Shown: positions 29,118-39,347, counted from the stretch's first letter. The stretch is 64,000 bases of DNA from an uncultured Alphaproteobacteria bacterium (GCA_963704745.1 OY969936.1:2047527-2111526), one strand, 5' to 3'. Notes: generated from the sequence alone by a model not told the origin. Numbers and translations are program-made.

Positions 29118-29873
29118 GTGCTTAGCAAAAGAGTTCAGATGAGAATAAACCGCTCGATCCGAGCAATTCTCAATGCTCTCGGCTACGATATTGTACGCGT
29201 GAAATCGCGAGGATCAGATGCGTCCATTAAGAAGCCAACTGATGCGTCCTATCTAGAAATTCTCTTGGATGAGTCCTTTCAGACTTCGATTGACGAGGTT
29301 CGCGATCTTACACTTCTCGATACGGCAAGGCTCGCAAATCTTTGGCAGCTGTGCAGAATGAGCAACCCTGCCGGCTCAATTATTGAGATTGGATCATACA
29401 AGGGCGGAGCCGCGCTCCATATGTCAAACAGTTGTCCGAACCGTCGTATCTTTGTGTGCGATACATTTGAAGGATTCGCAAACCTGCCGATCGATAGTCG
29501 GCTTGATCGACTGTTCTCCCGAAGCGATTTCGTGGACACGAGCCTAACGTTTGTGCAAGCAGCGTGGAAAGGCAAAAGGCGAAATGTGAATTGGCTAAAA
29601 GGCTACTTTCCGGAAAGTGCCGCGGGCGTAGGGATTCGCGATATCTCCTTTGCTCATATAGATGTCGATCTCTACAAGTCCACATTCGAATCGTTGGCGT
29701 TTTTGAGTCCCCACTTTATCGATAGATCGCTTGTTGTTTTGGACGATTATATGCGTGGTGTCGATGGTGTGATGAAAGCGACTAAAGACTTCCTAAACTT
29801 GCATCCCGAATGGATTTGCCTGCCAATTTACCCTGGTCAGGGACTCATGATTCATCGTAGCTGGTTTCGTTAA
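29118..29873 (+). CDS. TylF/NovP-like O-methyltransferase
   Basis: IIEIGSYKGG, CDTFEGF, KGYFPES, FAHIDVDLYKST, VVLDDY. Confidence 0.87.
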   Translation: MLSKRVQMRINRSIRAILNALGYDIVRVKSRGSDASIKKPTDASYLEILLDESFQTSIDEVRDLTLLDTARLANLWQLCRMSNPAGSIIEIGSYKGGAALHMSNSCPNRRIFVCDTFEGFANLPIDSRLDRLFSRSDFVDTSLTFVQAAWKGKRRNVNWLKGYFPESAAGVGIRDISFAHIDVDLYKSTFESLAFLSPHFIDRSLVVLDDYMRGVDGVMKATKDFLNLHPEWICLPIYPGQGLMIHRSWFR

Positions 29874-29903
29874 GTTCGAGCATTTAAAGGGGCGACGCTC
29901 GAC

Positions 29904-31316
29904 ATGTCGAAGACCTATTCATGCGTGATCATTGGCGCAGGGCCGACGGGTCTTGGTGCAGCGACGCAGCTCGTGTCTCTGGGAAATCGAGACTGGCGTC
30001 TCCTGGAAGCCGAAAGCCGGCCCGGCGGCTTGGCGCGGTCATTCAGAGATGACGCAGGTTTCACCTGGGACATCGGCGGGCATGTCCAATTTTCGCACTA
30101 CGAACTCTTCGACAGATCAATGCTTGACTGCCTCGGCGCGGACGGCTGGCTGCAGCATGAGCGTGAATCATGGATATGGATGCGCGATCAATTCATTCCT
30201 TATCCATTGCAGAACAATGTGCATCGGCTTCCGCCCGACGACTTGAACAAGTGCTTGCAGGGTCTTATCGCGATCACACGTGAGCCGAGAGCTAAGTCTG
30301 CCAATTTTGCCGAATGGATTGAAGCCACGTTTGGCGCAGGATTGGCCGAAGTATTCATGCGTCCATATAATGAAAAAGTCTGGGCGTTCCCTCCCGAAAC
30401 AATGAATGCCTCATGGGTGGGAGAACGTGTGGCGGTTACGGACTTATCCCGAGTATTAAAAAGCCTTGTTTACAACCATGACGACGTGTCCTGGGGGCCC
30501 AACAACCGCTTTCAATTTCCCAGAGCCGGAGGCACTGGAGCAATTTGGGAGGCTTGCGCTGCTTCCTTGCCGGCGGAGCTGCTCAATTTTTCCACGCGAG
30601 TGGTTGATATCAACCTTAAGGAGCGGAAGCTATATACATCTGATGGTTCGAAATATACGTACGACGTATTGATCTCTACGATGCCATTGCGAGAGCTGAT
30701 TGAGGTGACCCATCGTAGTGATTTACGCCCACTGGCCGATAAAGGGCTCTTGCATTCCAGCGTAAATATCGTCGGCATCGGCCTGCGAGGACGCCCGAAG
30801 CCAGAGTTAGCGAAGAAATGCTGGATGTATTTCCCGGAGGATAACTGCCCCTTCTATCGCGCAACGGTGTTTAGCAACTATTCACCGGCAAATGTTCCCG
30901 ATCCCACTCGTCATTGGTCCCTTATGTTCGAGGTATCCGAATCGCCGTATAAGCCGGTCGATCGAGCGTCGTTATGCGATGACGTTGTTTCTGGCGCGCT
31001 CAACACGCGCTTGATCGGCGATCGAAGCGATATCGTTTCCCTTTGGTCTTACCGGGCACGATATGGCTATCCGACGCCAAGCCTGTATCGCGATGAAGTT
31101 TTAGGCGAGCTGATCCCGGAATTTGAGCGCTGGGGAGTATATTCCCGCGGCCGATTTGGAATGTGGAAGTACGAAGTATCAAATCAAGATCACTCCTTCA
31201 TGCAGGGAGTGGAGGTGATCGAGCGGCTTTTAAATGGCCGCTCTGAAATGACCGCCTTCAACGCCGGTTTGGCAAACAGCAAGAAGCATCCTTGGCCATT
31301 CGAGGAGTGGGAGTAG
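29904..31316 (+). CDS. FAD-dependent oxidoreductase, eukaryote-type UDP-galactopyranose mutase homolog
   Basis: GAGPTGLGAA, DIGGHVQFSHY, PYPLQNN, FMRPYNEKVWA, WVGERVA, WGPNNRFQFPRAGGTGAIW, CWMYFPEDNCPFYRATVFSNYSP, GYPTP, SRGRFGMWKYEVSNQDHSFMQGVE, colinear with fungal/trypanosomatid UGM as recalled. Confidence 0.8.
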   Translation: MSKTYSCVIIGAGPTGLGAATQLVSLGNRDWRLLEAESRPGGLARSFRDDAGFTWDIGGHVQFSHYELFDRSMLDCLGADGWLQHERESWIWMRDQFIPYPLQNNVHRLPPDDLNKCLQGLIAITREPRAKSANFAEWIEATFGAGLAEVFMRPYNEKVWAFPPETMNASWVGERVAVTDLSRVLKSLVYNHDDVSWGPNNRFQFPRAGGTGAIWEACAASLPAELLNFSTRVVDINLKERKLYTSDGSKYTYDVLISTMPLRELIEVTHRSDLRPLADKGLLHSSVNIVGIGLRGRPKPELAKKCWMYFPEDNCPFYRATVFSNYSPANVPDPTRHWSLMFEVSESPYKPVDRASLCDDVVSGALNTRLIGDRSDIVSLWSYRARYGYPTPSLYRDEVLGELIPEFERWGVYSRGRFGMWKYEVSNQDHSFMQGVEVIERLLNGRSEMTAFNAGLANSKKHPWPFEEWE

Positions 31317-31320
31317 TATC

Positions 31321-32370
31321 GTGCTCTATGTCCATTCCAAGTCCAACGGCGTCAATCCAGCCGCGAATACTATGAATCGGCCGTCGCGTAGCGCGCCGGA
31401 TCAAGGCTATGCTGACCTTGACTCCGCGGTGCCTCGAATTGAACCTCTTCCTCCTGGCATGAAGCGCCCGCTTTGGTCGGTTATGATTCCGACTTACAAT
31501 TGTGCAAGATATTTACGGGACACTTTGAGGAGCGTGTTAGCGCAAGATCTGGGACCGGACGAAATGCAGATCGAAGTCGTCGACGATTGCTCAACGCTCG
31601 ATGATCCTGCAGCGGTTGTGGAAGAAGAAGGCAACGGGCGAGTTCTCTTTTACCGAAAACAGACAAACGAGGGAGCGATCAGAAACTTTAATACTTGCAT
31701 CAAGCGGAGCAAGGGACATCTGATCCACATCTTGCACGGGGATGATTATGTTCATCCAGGATATTACAATAAAATATCAAATGTTGCGGCGCTAAATCCT
31801 GAAGTTGGATTACTTTCTGTAAGATGTTTTGTAATTGACGAAGACTCAGAGATTTCCGGTGTGTTCCAGCGCGTGAAAACGCTTGAAGTTGCAGGAAAGT
31901 CTGTTGTTCCCTTTTTATATTCTACGCCCATCGCGCCAGCCGGCGTAACAGTCCGGCGTCAAGCATATGAGAAGCTTGGCGGATATAGATTAGATCTAGT
32001 GCACGCCGCTGATTGTGAGCTGTTCGCCAGGGTTGTTACAGAACATGGCGGAATTATTCTAAAAGATATTTTGGCTTACTATCGAGTATTTGAGGGAAAC
32101 GACACATCTCGCCTCAGACAAACAGCAGAGAACATTCGTGACGTTTGCCGATTGAACGAGTTGTTTGCCAAGCGTTATGCAGAATTTTCAGTTGAATTGG
32201 GGCGCGAAAGAGCTATCGACATGGCGCGCCATCAATATTCTCGGTTTCTAAAATTGGGCAATGAGGAAGCTCTCGCAGCTCACCACAAGATTTTAGTCGA
32301 ATTAATGCCCTTCTTCCGAAAGTGCAAATGGCAACTAAAAAATGTGATCTTCCGCCGTGGCTTTCTGTGA
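31321..32370 (+). CDS. Glycosyltransferase family 2
   Basis: WSVMIPTYN, VVDDCST, ILHGDDY, ADCELF. Confidence 0.9.
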   Translation: MLYVHSKSNGVNPAANTMNRPSRSAPDQGYADLDSAVPRIEPLPPGMKRPLWSVMIPTYNCARYLRDTLRSVLAQDLGPDEMQIEVVDDCSTLDDPAAVVEEEGNGRVLFYRKQTNEGAIRNFNTCIKRSKGHLIHILHGDDYVHPGYYNKISNVAALNPEVGLLSVRCFVIDEDSEISGVFQRVKTLEVAGKSVVPFLYSTPIAPAGVTVRRQAYEKLGGYRLDLVHAADCELFARVVTEHGGIILKDILAYYRVFEGNDTSRLRQTAENIRDVCRLNELFAKRYAEFSVELGRERAIDMARHQYSRFLKLGNEEALAAHHKILVELMPFFRKCKWQLKNVIFRRGFL

Positions 32371-32424
32371 ATTACCGCCGCTTTCTTAGCTAATGCGCTT
32401 TTAGCACTTACCTGGGAGACGGCA

Positions 32425-33573
32425 TTGCGCAAGCCAATTCTCTTCATATCCAGCATGGGTGGCAGCCCCTGGGGAGGATCGGAGGAACTTTGGACAAGAA
32501 CGGCTGCCCGGCTTGCAAGGCAAGGTATCGCCGTCTCGGCAAGCGTCCACGGCTGGCCGCAGCTTGACCGCCGAATAAGCGAATTGTCGCGAGCCGGGGT
32601 CGACCTTCGCCCACGCCCCGTCAAACCTTCTTTGGTAACTCTCGCGCGACGATATGTGTCCGGTCAGACGCAAATTGTTTTCGACATCGACCGGTCATTT
32701 GGGAAAACGTCGCCGCGTCTCGTGCTCATCTCCAGCGGGTCTTTCCCCAGTTTGCAAATCGAACTGGTCGAAATGTGCATCGCAAAGCGTTGGCCATTGG
32801 CTATTGTGGCGCATGGGAATTTTCCTGGTTGGTGGCCTTCCGACCAACTGGCTGCTCGGTTCCGGAATGCGCTGCCATTTGCTCGCCGAATATTTTTTGT
32901 CTCAGAGGCCAATCGACTTCTTGCCCAGAGACAATCGGGATACGAGTTTGAAAATGCAGAGATCGTACGTAACCCACTGGTCATCGAGATTGCCTCCCCC
33001 CTGCCCTGGCCGCCGCAAGCAGGGCAGCAAGAGCTTCGCATGGCGTGCGTGGGCAATCTGTTTCCGACCGAAAAAGGCCAGGACATCCTGTTCGACGTCC
33101 TGGCCACCCCAAAATGGCGAGAACGGAATTGGCGGCTCACTCTTTACGGGAACGGCCCTAATCGCGGAATCCTTGAACAGCTGGTTGCCACGCTCAAACT
33201 GGAGGATCGGGTCTCGTTCGCGGGCTATGTCGCAGTCGACAAGATCTGGCGGGAAAACCACATCCTGCTCATGCCATCACGGTATGAAGGCATGCCATTG
33301 ACAATTGTCGAGGCGATGTTCTGTGGACGCCCTGTCGTCGCAACGAATGTCGGCGGCATTTCAGAATTGGTGAAGGAAAACCTGACAGGCTTCTTGGCTG
33401 AAGCCGCCGTAGCCAAATGTTTCGCCGATGCACTCGAGCGCATGTGGTCGGAGCGCGACAGGCTGGAGGAGATCGGAATGCTCGCTGCGGCCAGTATCCG
33501 AGAGTTTGTGCCAAAGGATCCTGTCGGCGAATTCGCGAACAAGCTGAGAACGCTAGCTAACATCCCAAAATAG
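32425..33573 (+). CDS. Glycosyltransferase family 4
   Basis: WGGSEELW, CVGNLFPTEKGQD, PSRYEGMPLTIVEAM, TNVGGISELV. Confidence 0.9.
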   Translation: MRKPILFISSMGGSPWGGSEELWTRTAARLARQGIAVSASVHGWPQLDRRISELSRAGVDLRPRPVKPSLVTLARRYVSGQTQIVFDIDRSFGKTSPRLVLISSGSFPSLQIELVEMCIAKRWPLAIVAHGNFPGWWPSDQLAARFRNALPFARRIFFVSEANRLLAQRQSGYEFENAEIVRNPLVIEIASPLPWPPQAGQQELRMACVGNLFPTEKGQDILFDVLATPKWRERNWRLTLYGNGPNRGILEQLVATLKLEDRVSFAGYVAVDKIWRENHILLMPSRYEGMPLTIVEAMFCGRPVVATNVGGISELVKENLTGFLAEAAVAKCFADALERMWSERDRLEEIGMLAAASIREFVPKDPVGEFANKLRTLANIPK

Positions 33574-33671
33574 CGCGATTGCGATTAGTGGTTAATGGCC
33601 CTTCTCTTTGACGCGAGCGCAGGCTTGAGTAACCGCACCAACGTTGATATACAAGAAAGCTATAGGGTTGG

Positions 33672-35372
33672 ATGCGAGCCGCACAGCTCACGGGTATTAT
33701 CGGCATGATAATCGCGGGGGACAGCCAGCCTAGCGAGGCTCGAGCCAACGAGGCAGCCCCGCCTTGCGATAGTGCGACCGTTGCGGTCATTATCCCTATC
33801 TTCAACTACGCACGTTTTCTCGCCGCCGCGATCGAAAGCGTGCTGGCACAGACTCACCCTGCCGACGAGATCATCGTCGTAGACGATGGGTCGACTGATG
33901 ATCCCGGGGCGATTGCAGCCAAATTTCCCGGTGTGCGCCTGATTCAACAGGAGAATCGCGGTCCGAATTCCGCCCGCAACGCCGGCCTTCGAAGTTGCAA
34001 GACGAGCCACCTCGTTTTCCTCGATGCGGACGATCGACTGCTGCCCAAAGCGCTCGAAGCTGGACTTGCTTGCATTGTAGACCGACCCGATTGCGCGTTC
34101 GTCTATGGTGGCTATCGCTTGATTTCAGAGAGTGGTGATCGTATCGGGCCCGATGTCCTCAAACCGATCGACGGCGACGCTCATTTAGCTTTCATACGCG
34201 AAAATCGAATTGGTTTACCCGCCGCCGCACTTTATCGGGTTGATTGCCTGCGATCCGTGAATGGGTTTGACGAAACACTCCGGCGGGCTGAAGACTTAGA
34301 GGTCTATCTTCGTCTTACACAGAAATACCCGATTGCAACGCATCCGGAGATCGTTGCCGAATATCGAAGACATGATCAAAACGTGTCGAGCAATTACGCT
34401 GAACAACTCAGGGCGGCGCTTCAGGTCCTCGACCTTCATGAATTGCGTATTGGCGCCGATGCTCGCACTCGCGCGGCCTTACGAGAAGGGCGAGCAAACA
34501 GGCGGAAGATGTACATCTCGCAGATGCTCGCAGCGGCCAATGTCCGCTGGCAAATGCGCCACGACATCGGAATTCTCGTGCGGGACGTAATGCAAGCCGC
34601 GCGATTGTCACCATTTTTCACCGTGCGCGCGTCAGTCGGCTTTCTCGGTCGTCGTGCCAGTCAAGTTCTCCCGAGACCAATTGTCCGACGGATCGAGGGG
34701 ATTCGGGGCCGACCCTATCCGATCCCAGTCGGATCGGTACGCTTCGGCGATCTCGGACGATTAACGCCTTTCGACCGCAGCTTCGGGTGGGGTCGGGGCA
34801 AGCCGGTCGATCGCGTCTACATTGAGCGATTTCTCGCTAAAAATGCAGCTGATATTCGCGGACACGTGCTGGAGCTGGGAGATAACGCTTACACCCGAGC
34901 GTTCGGTGATCAACGCGTCGAGCGTAGCGATATCCTTGGTGTCGAGGCAAACCCGAAAGCGACCATCATTGCCAATCTTGAACACGACGAGGCGCTGCCT
35001 GAAGCTACATTTGATTGTATTGTCCTGACGCAAGCGCTGCAGTATCTGTTCGATATCCGCCGCGCGACAGAGACCTTGTACCATGCGCTGAAACCGGGCG
35101 GCGTCTTGCTTGTGACCGCTCCCGGCATATCGCCGATGGAAGACTTTTGGCCATGGTATTGGACGCTCACTGCGGCAGCGCTGTACCGCCTCCTTGCAGA
35201 TCGATTTGGACAAGATGCTGTGAATGTCGAGGCGCACGGTAATGTCTACGTTGCGACTGCGTTGCTTTATGGTCTAGCAGTCGATGACCTTGATCCTGCC
35301 GCTCTCAACACCGACAATTCGAGATATCCGGTCACCGTAGCCGCCCGGGCGGTTAAGCGGAGGGATGCATGA
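33672..35372 (+). CDS. GT2 glycosyltransferase fused to a C-terminal methyltransferase-like domain
   Basis: VIIPIFN, VVDDGSTD, FLDADD, AEDLE; then GKPVDRVYIERFL...VLELGD...FDCIVLTQALQ...LKPGGVLLVTAPG. Confidence 0.88.
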   Translation: MRAAQLTGIIGMIIAGDSQPSEARANEAAPPCDSATVAVIIPIFNYARFLAAAIESVLAQTHPADEIIVVDDGSTDDPGAIAAKFPGVRLIQQENRGPNSARNAGLRSCKTSHLVFLDADDRLLPKALEAGLACIVDRPDCAFVYGGYRLISESGDRIGPDVLKPIDGDAHLAFIRENRIGLPAAALYRVDCLRSVNGFDETLRRAEDLEVYLRLTQKYPIATHPEIVAEYRRHDQNVSSNYAEQLRAALQVLDLHELRIGADARTRAALREGRANRRKMYISQMLAAANVRWQMRHDIGILVRDVMQAARLSPFFTVRASVGFLGRRASQVLPRPIVRRIEGIRGRPYPIPVGSVRFGDLGRLTPFDRSFGWGRGKPVDRVYIERFLAKNAADIRGHVLELGDNAYTRAFGDQRVERSDILGVEANPKATIIANLEHDEALPEATFDCIVLTQALQYLFDIRRATETLYHALKPGGVLLVTAPGISPMEDFWPWYWTLTAAALYRLLADRFGQDAVNVEAHGNVYVATALLYGLAVDDLDPAALNTDNSRYPVTVAARAVKRRDA

Positions 35373-36391
35373 GCCTTCGCAGCAGACTGAGAGTTCGTAC
35401 AAGATTGCGCTCGGCCATCCGTCGAGTCTGGCCGCCCAAGCCGAAGCCGCTGATCCTCATGTATCACCGGATCGCCGATGAGCCTGTCGATCCTTGGGCC
35501 CTCGCCGTGTCTCCGGCGCATTTTGAAGAGCATCTTCTTGTACTGCGCCGCACTCGCCACCCCCTTCCGCTTTCGGAATTCGTCCGCGCTCTAACGGCAG
35601 GTACGCTGCCACCGAATGCCGTGGCTTTGACCTTTGACGATGGTTATGTGGACAATCTTTTCGCAGGCAAGCCGCGGCTTGCGGCCGCGGACGTGCCGGC
35701 GACCGTCTTTCTCGCCACTGGATATCTTGACGGCTCAGAGGAAATTTGGTCCGACGAGCTTGCGAGACTCATTCTCCTCGGAGACGGCCCTCAAAGTTTT
35801 GAGCTTCCAGTGGTCGGCGAGTTGATGCTCTTCGAGCTCGGAACCGATCCACCCGCGCGGGGGGACGGCACCACACCCGTCGAATCGTTGCAAAGACGGC
35901 TTGGCGCTTTGCGAAAGATACGGGAGGTTTTACGCGTGCTTGACGACGAAAAGCGTCGACCAGTTATGGCGCAGCTTCGCTCGATCTTCGGAGGTCAGGG
36001 TCATAGCGCGAACGTTGCCCGGGCGATGACAAGCCAAGAAGTCAAAACGCTCGTGGCCGATGGCCTAGTGACGATAGGCGCACACACCGTCACCCACCCG
36101 GTCCTCCCAAAATTGGCCGCAGCCACATGTCACCGTGAAATCAGCCAAAGCAAAATTGCTTGTGAGTCCTTGATCGGAGCACCAGTGGCGGCATTCGCTT
36201 ATCCATACGGAGACTTCGATACCCAGGCACGTGAGATAGTGAGAGCCAGCGGCTTCCTCTTTGCCTGTTCCACGCAACGAGGACCGGTGGGCGCGGCTTC
36301 AGACATCTTTGCTTTACCACGCATCCACGTCAGCAACTCGAACGGCGATACATTTGAACAAGCCCTTCGTTCAGTATCAGCGTCATATTGA
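35369..36391 (+). CDS. Polysaccharide deacetylase (CE4/NodB)
   Basis: ILMYHRI, LTFDDGYVDN, ATVFLATG, IGAHTVTHPVL, FAYPYG. Confidence 0.92.
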   Translation: MSLRSRLRVRTRLRSAIRRVWPPKPKPLILMYHRIADEPVDPWALAVSPAHFEEHLLVLRRTRHPLPLSEFVRALTAGTLPPNAVALTFDDGYVDNLFAGKPRLAAADVPATVFLATGYLDGSEEIWSDELARLILLGDGPQSFELPVVGELMLFELGTDPPARGDGTTPVESLQRRLGALRKIREVLRVLDDEKRRPVMAQLRSIFGGQGHSANVARAMTSQEVKTLVADGLVTIGAHTVTHPVLPKLAAATCHREISQSKIACESLIGAPVAAFAYPYGDFDTQAREIVRASGFLFACSTQRGPVGAASDIFALPRIHVSNSNGDTFEQALRSVSASY

Positions 36392-36698
36392 CGAGAACGA
36401 GATTCCATAATCCATCACAAAGCATATGGCACTGATGCGTGACGCCTAACCCCGAACGCGTATAGCGCTCTCCGGTTCAAGCATAGTCAAGCGTAAATAC
36501 ATCGCCAACAATCGCTCGCGGGCGCGATGGCGCCGGAAGTGCAGGTTGTTAAGCGAAGGAGCGGGAACTCAACCCGCGATGTCGAGCGCGGTTTCTTTGC
36601 TTAGCTTACCTTATATCTTTCTTAACATGTTTACATCGCCAATGTAGCCTGCTACCATGGCAAACCCGACGGAAGTCAGAAGTCAGGCGGGACGCAAA

Positions 36699-37901
36699 AT
36701 GAAAATCATTGTTTTGGGCGGTGATGGCTTTTGCGGATGGCCTTCAGCACTGCATCTGTCGGCCAACGGGCACCAAGTTGCGATCGTCGACAATCTGTCG
36801 CGACGCAAAATCGATATTGAACTTGAGGTTGAATCGCTCACGCCGATTGCCCCGCTCGGCGTCAAACTCAAAGCATGGGCAGAAACCACAGGAACTTATA
36901 TTCCATTTTTCCAATTCGATATCGCCGAACACTACCATAGACTTCTTACTCTCTTCGAGGAGCTGAGGCCGGACGCAGTCGTGCACTTCGCCGAGCAGCG
37001 CGCTGCGCCTTACTCGATGAAATCGTCGTTCCACAAGCGATACACGGTCAACAACAACCTAAATGCGACCAACAATGTTCTGGCCGCTATCGTCGAGACG
37101 GGTAACGACATACACCTCGTTCATCTCGGTACCATGGGCGTCTACGGCTACGGCACGGCGGGAATGAAAATCCCGGAAGGCTATCTTTCGGTGAAGGTGG
37201 ATACGCCGGCCGGCGAGACAATCAGTCAGGAAATTCTTTACCCGGCAAACCCGGGCAGTATTTATCACATGACCAAGACCCAGGATCAGTTGATGTTCGC
37301 GTTCTACGCTAAGAACGACGGCGTCCGCATCACCGACTTGCATCAGGGAATCGTCTGGGGAACACAAACTGCACAAACAAAACTTGACGATCGCTTGATC
37401 AACCGCTTCGACTATGATGGCGATTACGGTACCGTGCTCAACCGCTTCTTGATGCAGGCCGCCCTCAACCATCCGCTCACGGTACATGGCACGGGCGGAC
37501 AGTCCCGGGCATTCATCAACATTCAGGACACTGTCCGCTGCATCGAACTTGCCGTCCTTCACCCGCCGCAGCGCGGCGAGCGGGTCAACATTCTCAACCA
37601 AATGACTGAAGTTCACCGGGTGCGCGACTTGGCGAAGATGGTCTCCGAGATGACCGGAGTTCCGATCTCCTATGTCAAGAACCCGCGAAACGAAAGCGAC
37701 GAAAACGATCTTCACGTCGAAAACAGCCGATTGCGTAACCTCGGGCTGGCCCCGATCACCCTTGAACTGGGCCTCATGCGCGAAGTGACGGAGGTCGCGC
37801 AAAAATACGCTTATCGATGCGACACCACGAAGATTCCTTGTACCTCGCTTTGGCGGCCCGAGCGAGAAGCCGAGGTTGTACCGTTACAGGCAAGCGGCTG
37901 A
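36699..37901 (+). CDS. sqdB: UDP-sulfoquinovose synthase
   Basis: VLGGDGFCGWP, VDNLSRR, VHFAEQRAAPYSM, HLGTMGVYGY, YHMTK, TDLHQGIVWGT, RFDYDGDYGTVLNRF, HPLTVHGTGGQ; alternative start ATG 36657. Confidence 0.93.
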   Translation: MKIIVLGGDGFCGWPSALHLSANGHQVAIVDNLSRRKIDIELEVESLTPIAPLGVKLKAWAETTGTYIPFFQFDIAEHYHRLLTLFEELRPDAVVHFAEQRAAPYSMKSSFHKRYTVNNNLNATNNVLAAIVETGNDIHLVHLGTMGVYGYGTAGMKIPEGYLSVKVDTPAGETISQEILYPANPGSIYHMTKTQDQLMFAFYAKNDGVRITDLHQGIVWGTQTAQTKLDDRLINRFDYDGDYGTVLNRFLMQAALNHPLTVHGTGGQSRAFINIQDTVRCIELAVLHPPQRGERVNILNQMTEVHRVRDLAKMVSEMTGVPISYVKNPRNESDENDLHVENSRLRNLGLAPITLELGLMREVTEVAQKYAYRCDTTKIPCTSLWRPEREAEVVPLQASG

Positions 37902-38021
37902 CGTTCGGCGAGGAGTTCGCACAGCGGACTATTTTGCTAAGCCTGCAAAGCGGCGCGCCTTGCCGACGTGATTGTAACTCCAGTAGGCAGATAGTGCCGG
38001 TGGCTCAGGTTAGCCCGACAC

Positions 38022-38464
38022 ATGACGAACTTTAGCAAGATTTCTCATTACCGGGGGCCGCGGCTTTATCGGAAGCAATCTGATTGAGCTGCTTCGATCG
38101 CGGGCGGATTGCAAGATTTCGCGTTCTTGACGACGAATCCACGGGATCAAAAACCGACATTATGGATTTCGATGTTCATTTTATGCACGGCGATATCACC
38201 GATGCCGCCACGATAAAGGAAGCTCTCAAGGACACCGACCTCGTAGTTCACCTGGCTGCCGACACTCGCGTCGTCGATTCGATCGCCGCGCCGCAATGGA
38301 ACTTCTGCACGAACGTCTATGGAACTTTCAATCTGCTTTGTCGAATGAAGGAGGTTGGGATCCGCCGCATTGTCAATACATCGACGGGCGGCGCAATCCT
38401 CGGAGAGGTTCCGCCCGTCCTCGCAAAAAAGCGAGCGTCTTGCTACCCCTACCTTTCCGTTTGA
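38022..38464 (+). pseudogene. Truncated, frameshifted NAD-dependent epimerase (GalE-like)
   Basis: Removing two extra Ts (both in AAGATTT) gives MTNFSKILITGGRGFIGSNL...RVLDDESTG...VHLAADTRVVDSI...NVYGTFNLL...STGGAILGEVPP; the YxxxK half is missing. Confidence 0.8.
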
Positions 38465-38576
38465 TCGAGACCCTCGCGTCTGTGACGAACTTCGTTCCAA
38501 TCTTCAGCACGAGCCGTAGCGCCGTCGGACGCACCGTGCGACCTTCCCTGGTTTTGGAAACAATGAGCACGGCTCT

Positions 38577-39347
38577 CTATTGCCACGGCCGATCCGGCCT
38601 TTCGACGCCCGGAATAACAACATCCATGCCCCTGTCGCGGAGCGTTCTTGCAAAGACCGCCCGAGGATAGGCCTTCGCAGATTTAAGGGCCAAGACCATG
38701 CGGTTTTGCGCCGCCGGCGCGGCACTGGCGAAGATGTCCGCCGTCTCCGAATACGCCCAGCCCGTGTCCACCAATTTCACAAATTCATCAATCGCATCAT
38801 TCTGAAGATCGGCGGGTAGCTGCTTAAAAGCCGCAATGGCGATTCCATTACGTCGCAGGCCAATCCATCCCTCATTCGGGCCCAGCATGTAAGACAGGCG
38901 CAGGTAGTTTGCATTATTTGGCTGGATCCCTCGCTTGGTTGCATCGAGCCAAAATAAGGTCAACCATGCGAAGGAATCCGATGGCGCGCATAAGAGCGCC
39001 TTTTGCCCCGATTCATATACGGGCTGATAGGCGGCATCGATGCGTTTCTCATCTTTTGCCGCGATCGCCTCATTCAGAATTGCAAGACGAAGTATCATGG
39101 CGCTATGCAGTTCGGCCGGGGTACAAAATGAAGAATCCTCGGCCATCTTCAGTTGACGCGCTCTGTCTTGAAGAACCCGCCCGCTAAATGTGTGGCCCTG
39201 CAGGAGCTCGGAAGCGAGCCGGTTCAGCGGAACTTGCCGCCAGAACAACGGCAGCAGGAAGATACCCCAACTGACAGCACCCAATCCCATACAACAGACA
39301 AAAATCCGCACCAGAATTAAGCTTGCAGTCCTTCCAGTGACCTTCAT
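38577..39347 (-). CDS. Hypothetical protein coupled to wzc
   Basis: 256-aa ORF, N-terminal TM, helical body (PSDSFAWLTLFW, YLRLSYMLGPNEGWI); 4-nt overlap with the wzc stop. Confidence 0.75.
   Translation of the reverse strand: MKVTGRTASLILVRIFVCCMGLGAVSWGIFLLPLFWRQVPLNRLASELLQGHTFSGRVLQDRARQLKMAEDSSFCTPAELHSAMILRLAILNEAIAAKDEKRIDAAYQPVYESGQKALLCAPSDSFAWLTLFWLDATKRGIQPNNANYLRLSYMLGPNEGWIGLRRNGIAIAAFKQLPADLQNDAIDEFVKLVDTGWAYSETADIFASAAPAAQNRMVLALKSAKAYPRAVFARTLRDRGMDVVIPGVERPDRPWQ

Noticed and set aside
38022-38464. Epimerase fragment after sqdB as sqdC
   Set aside because: Motifs (LAADTRVVDSI, STGGAILG) look GalE-like and the gene is broken; an HMM search would be needed to exclude sqdC fully.
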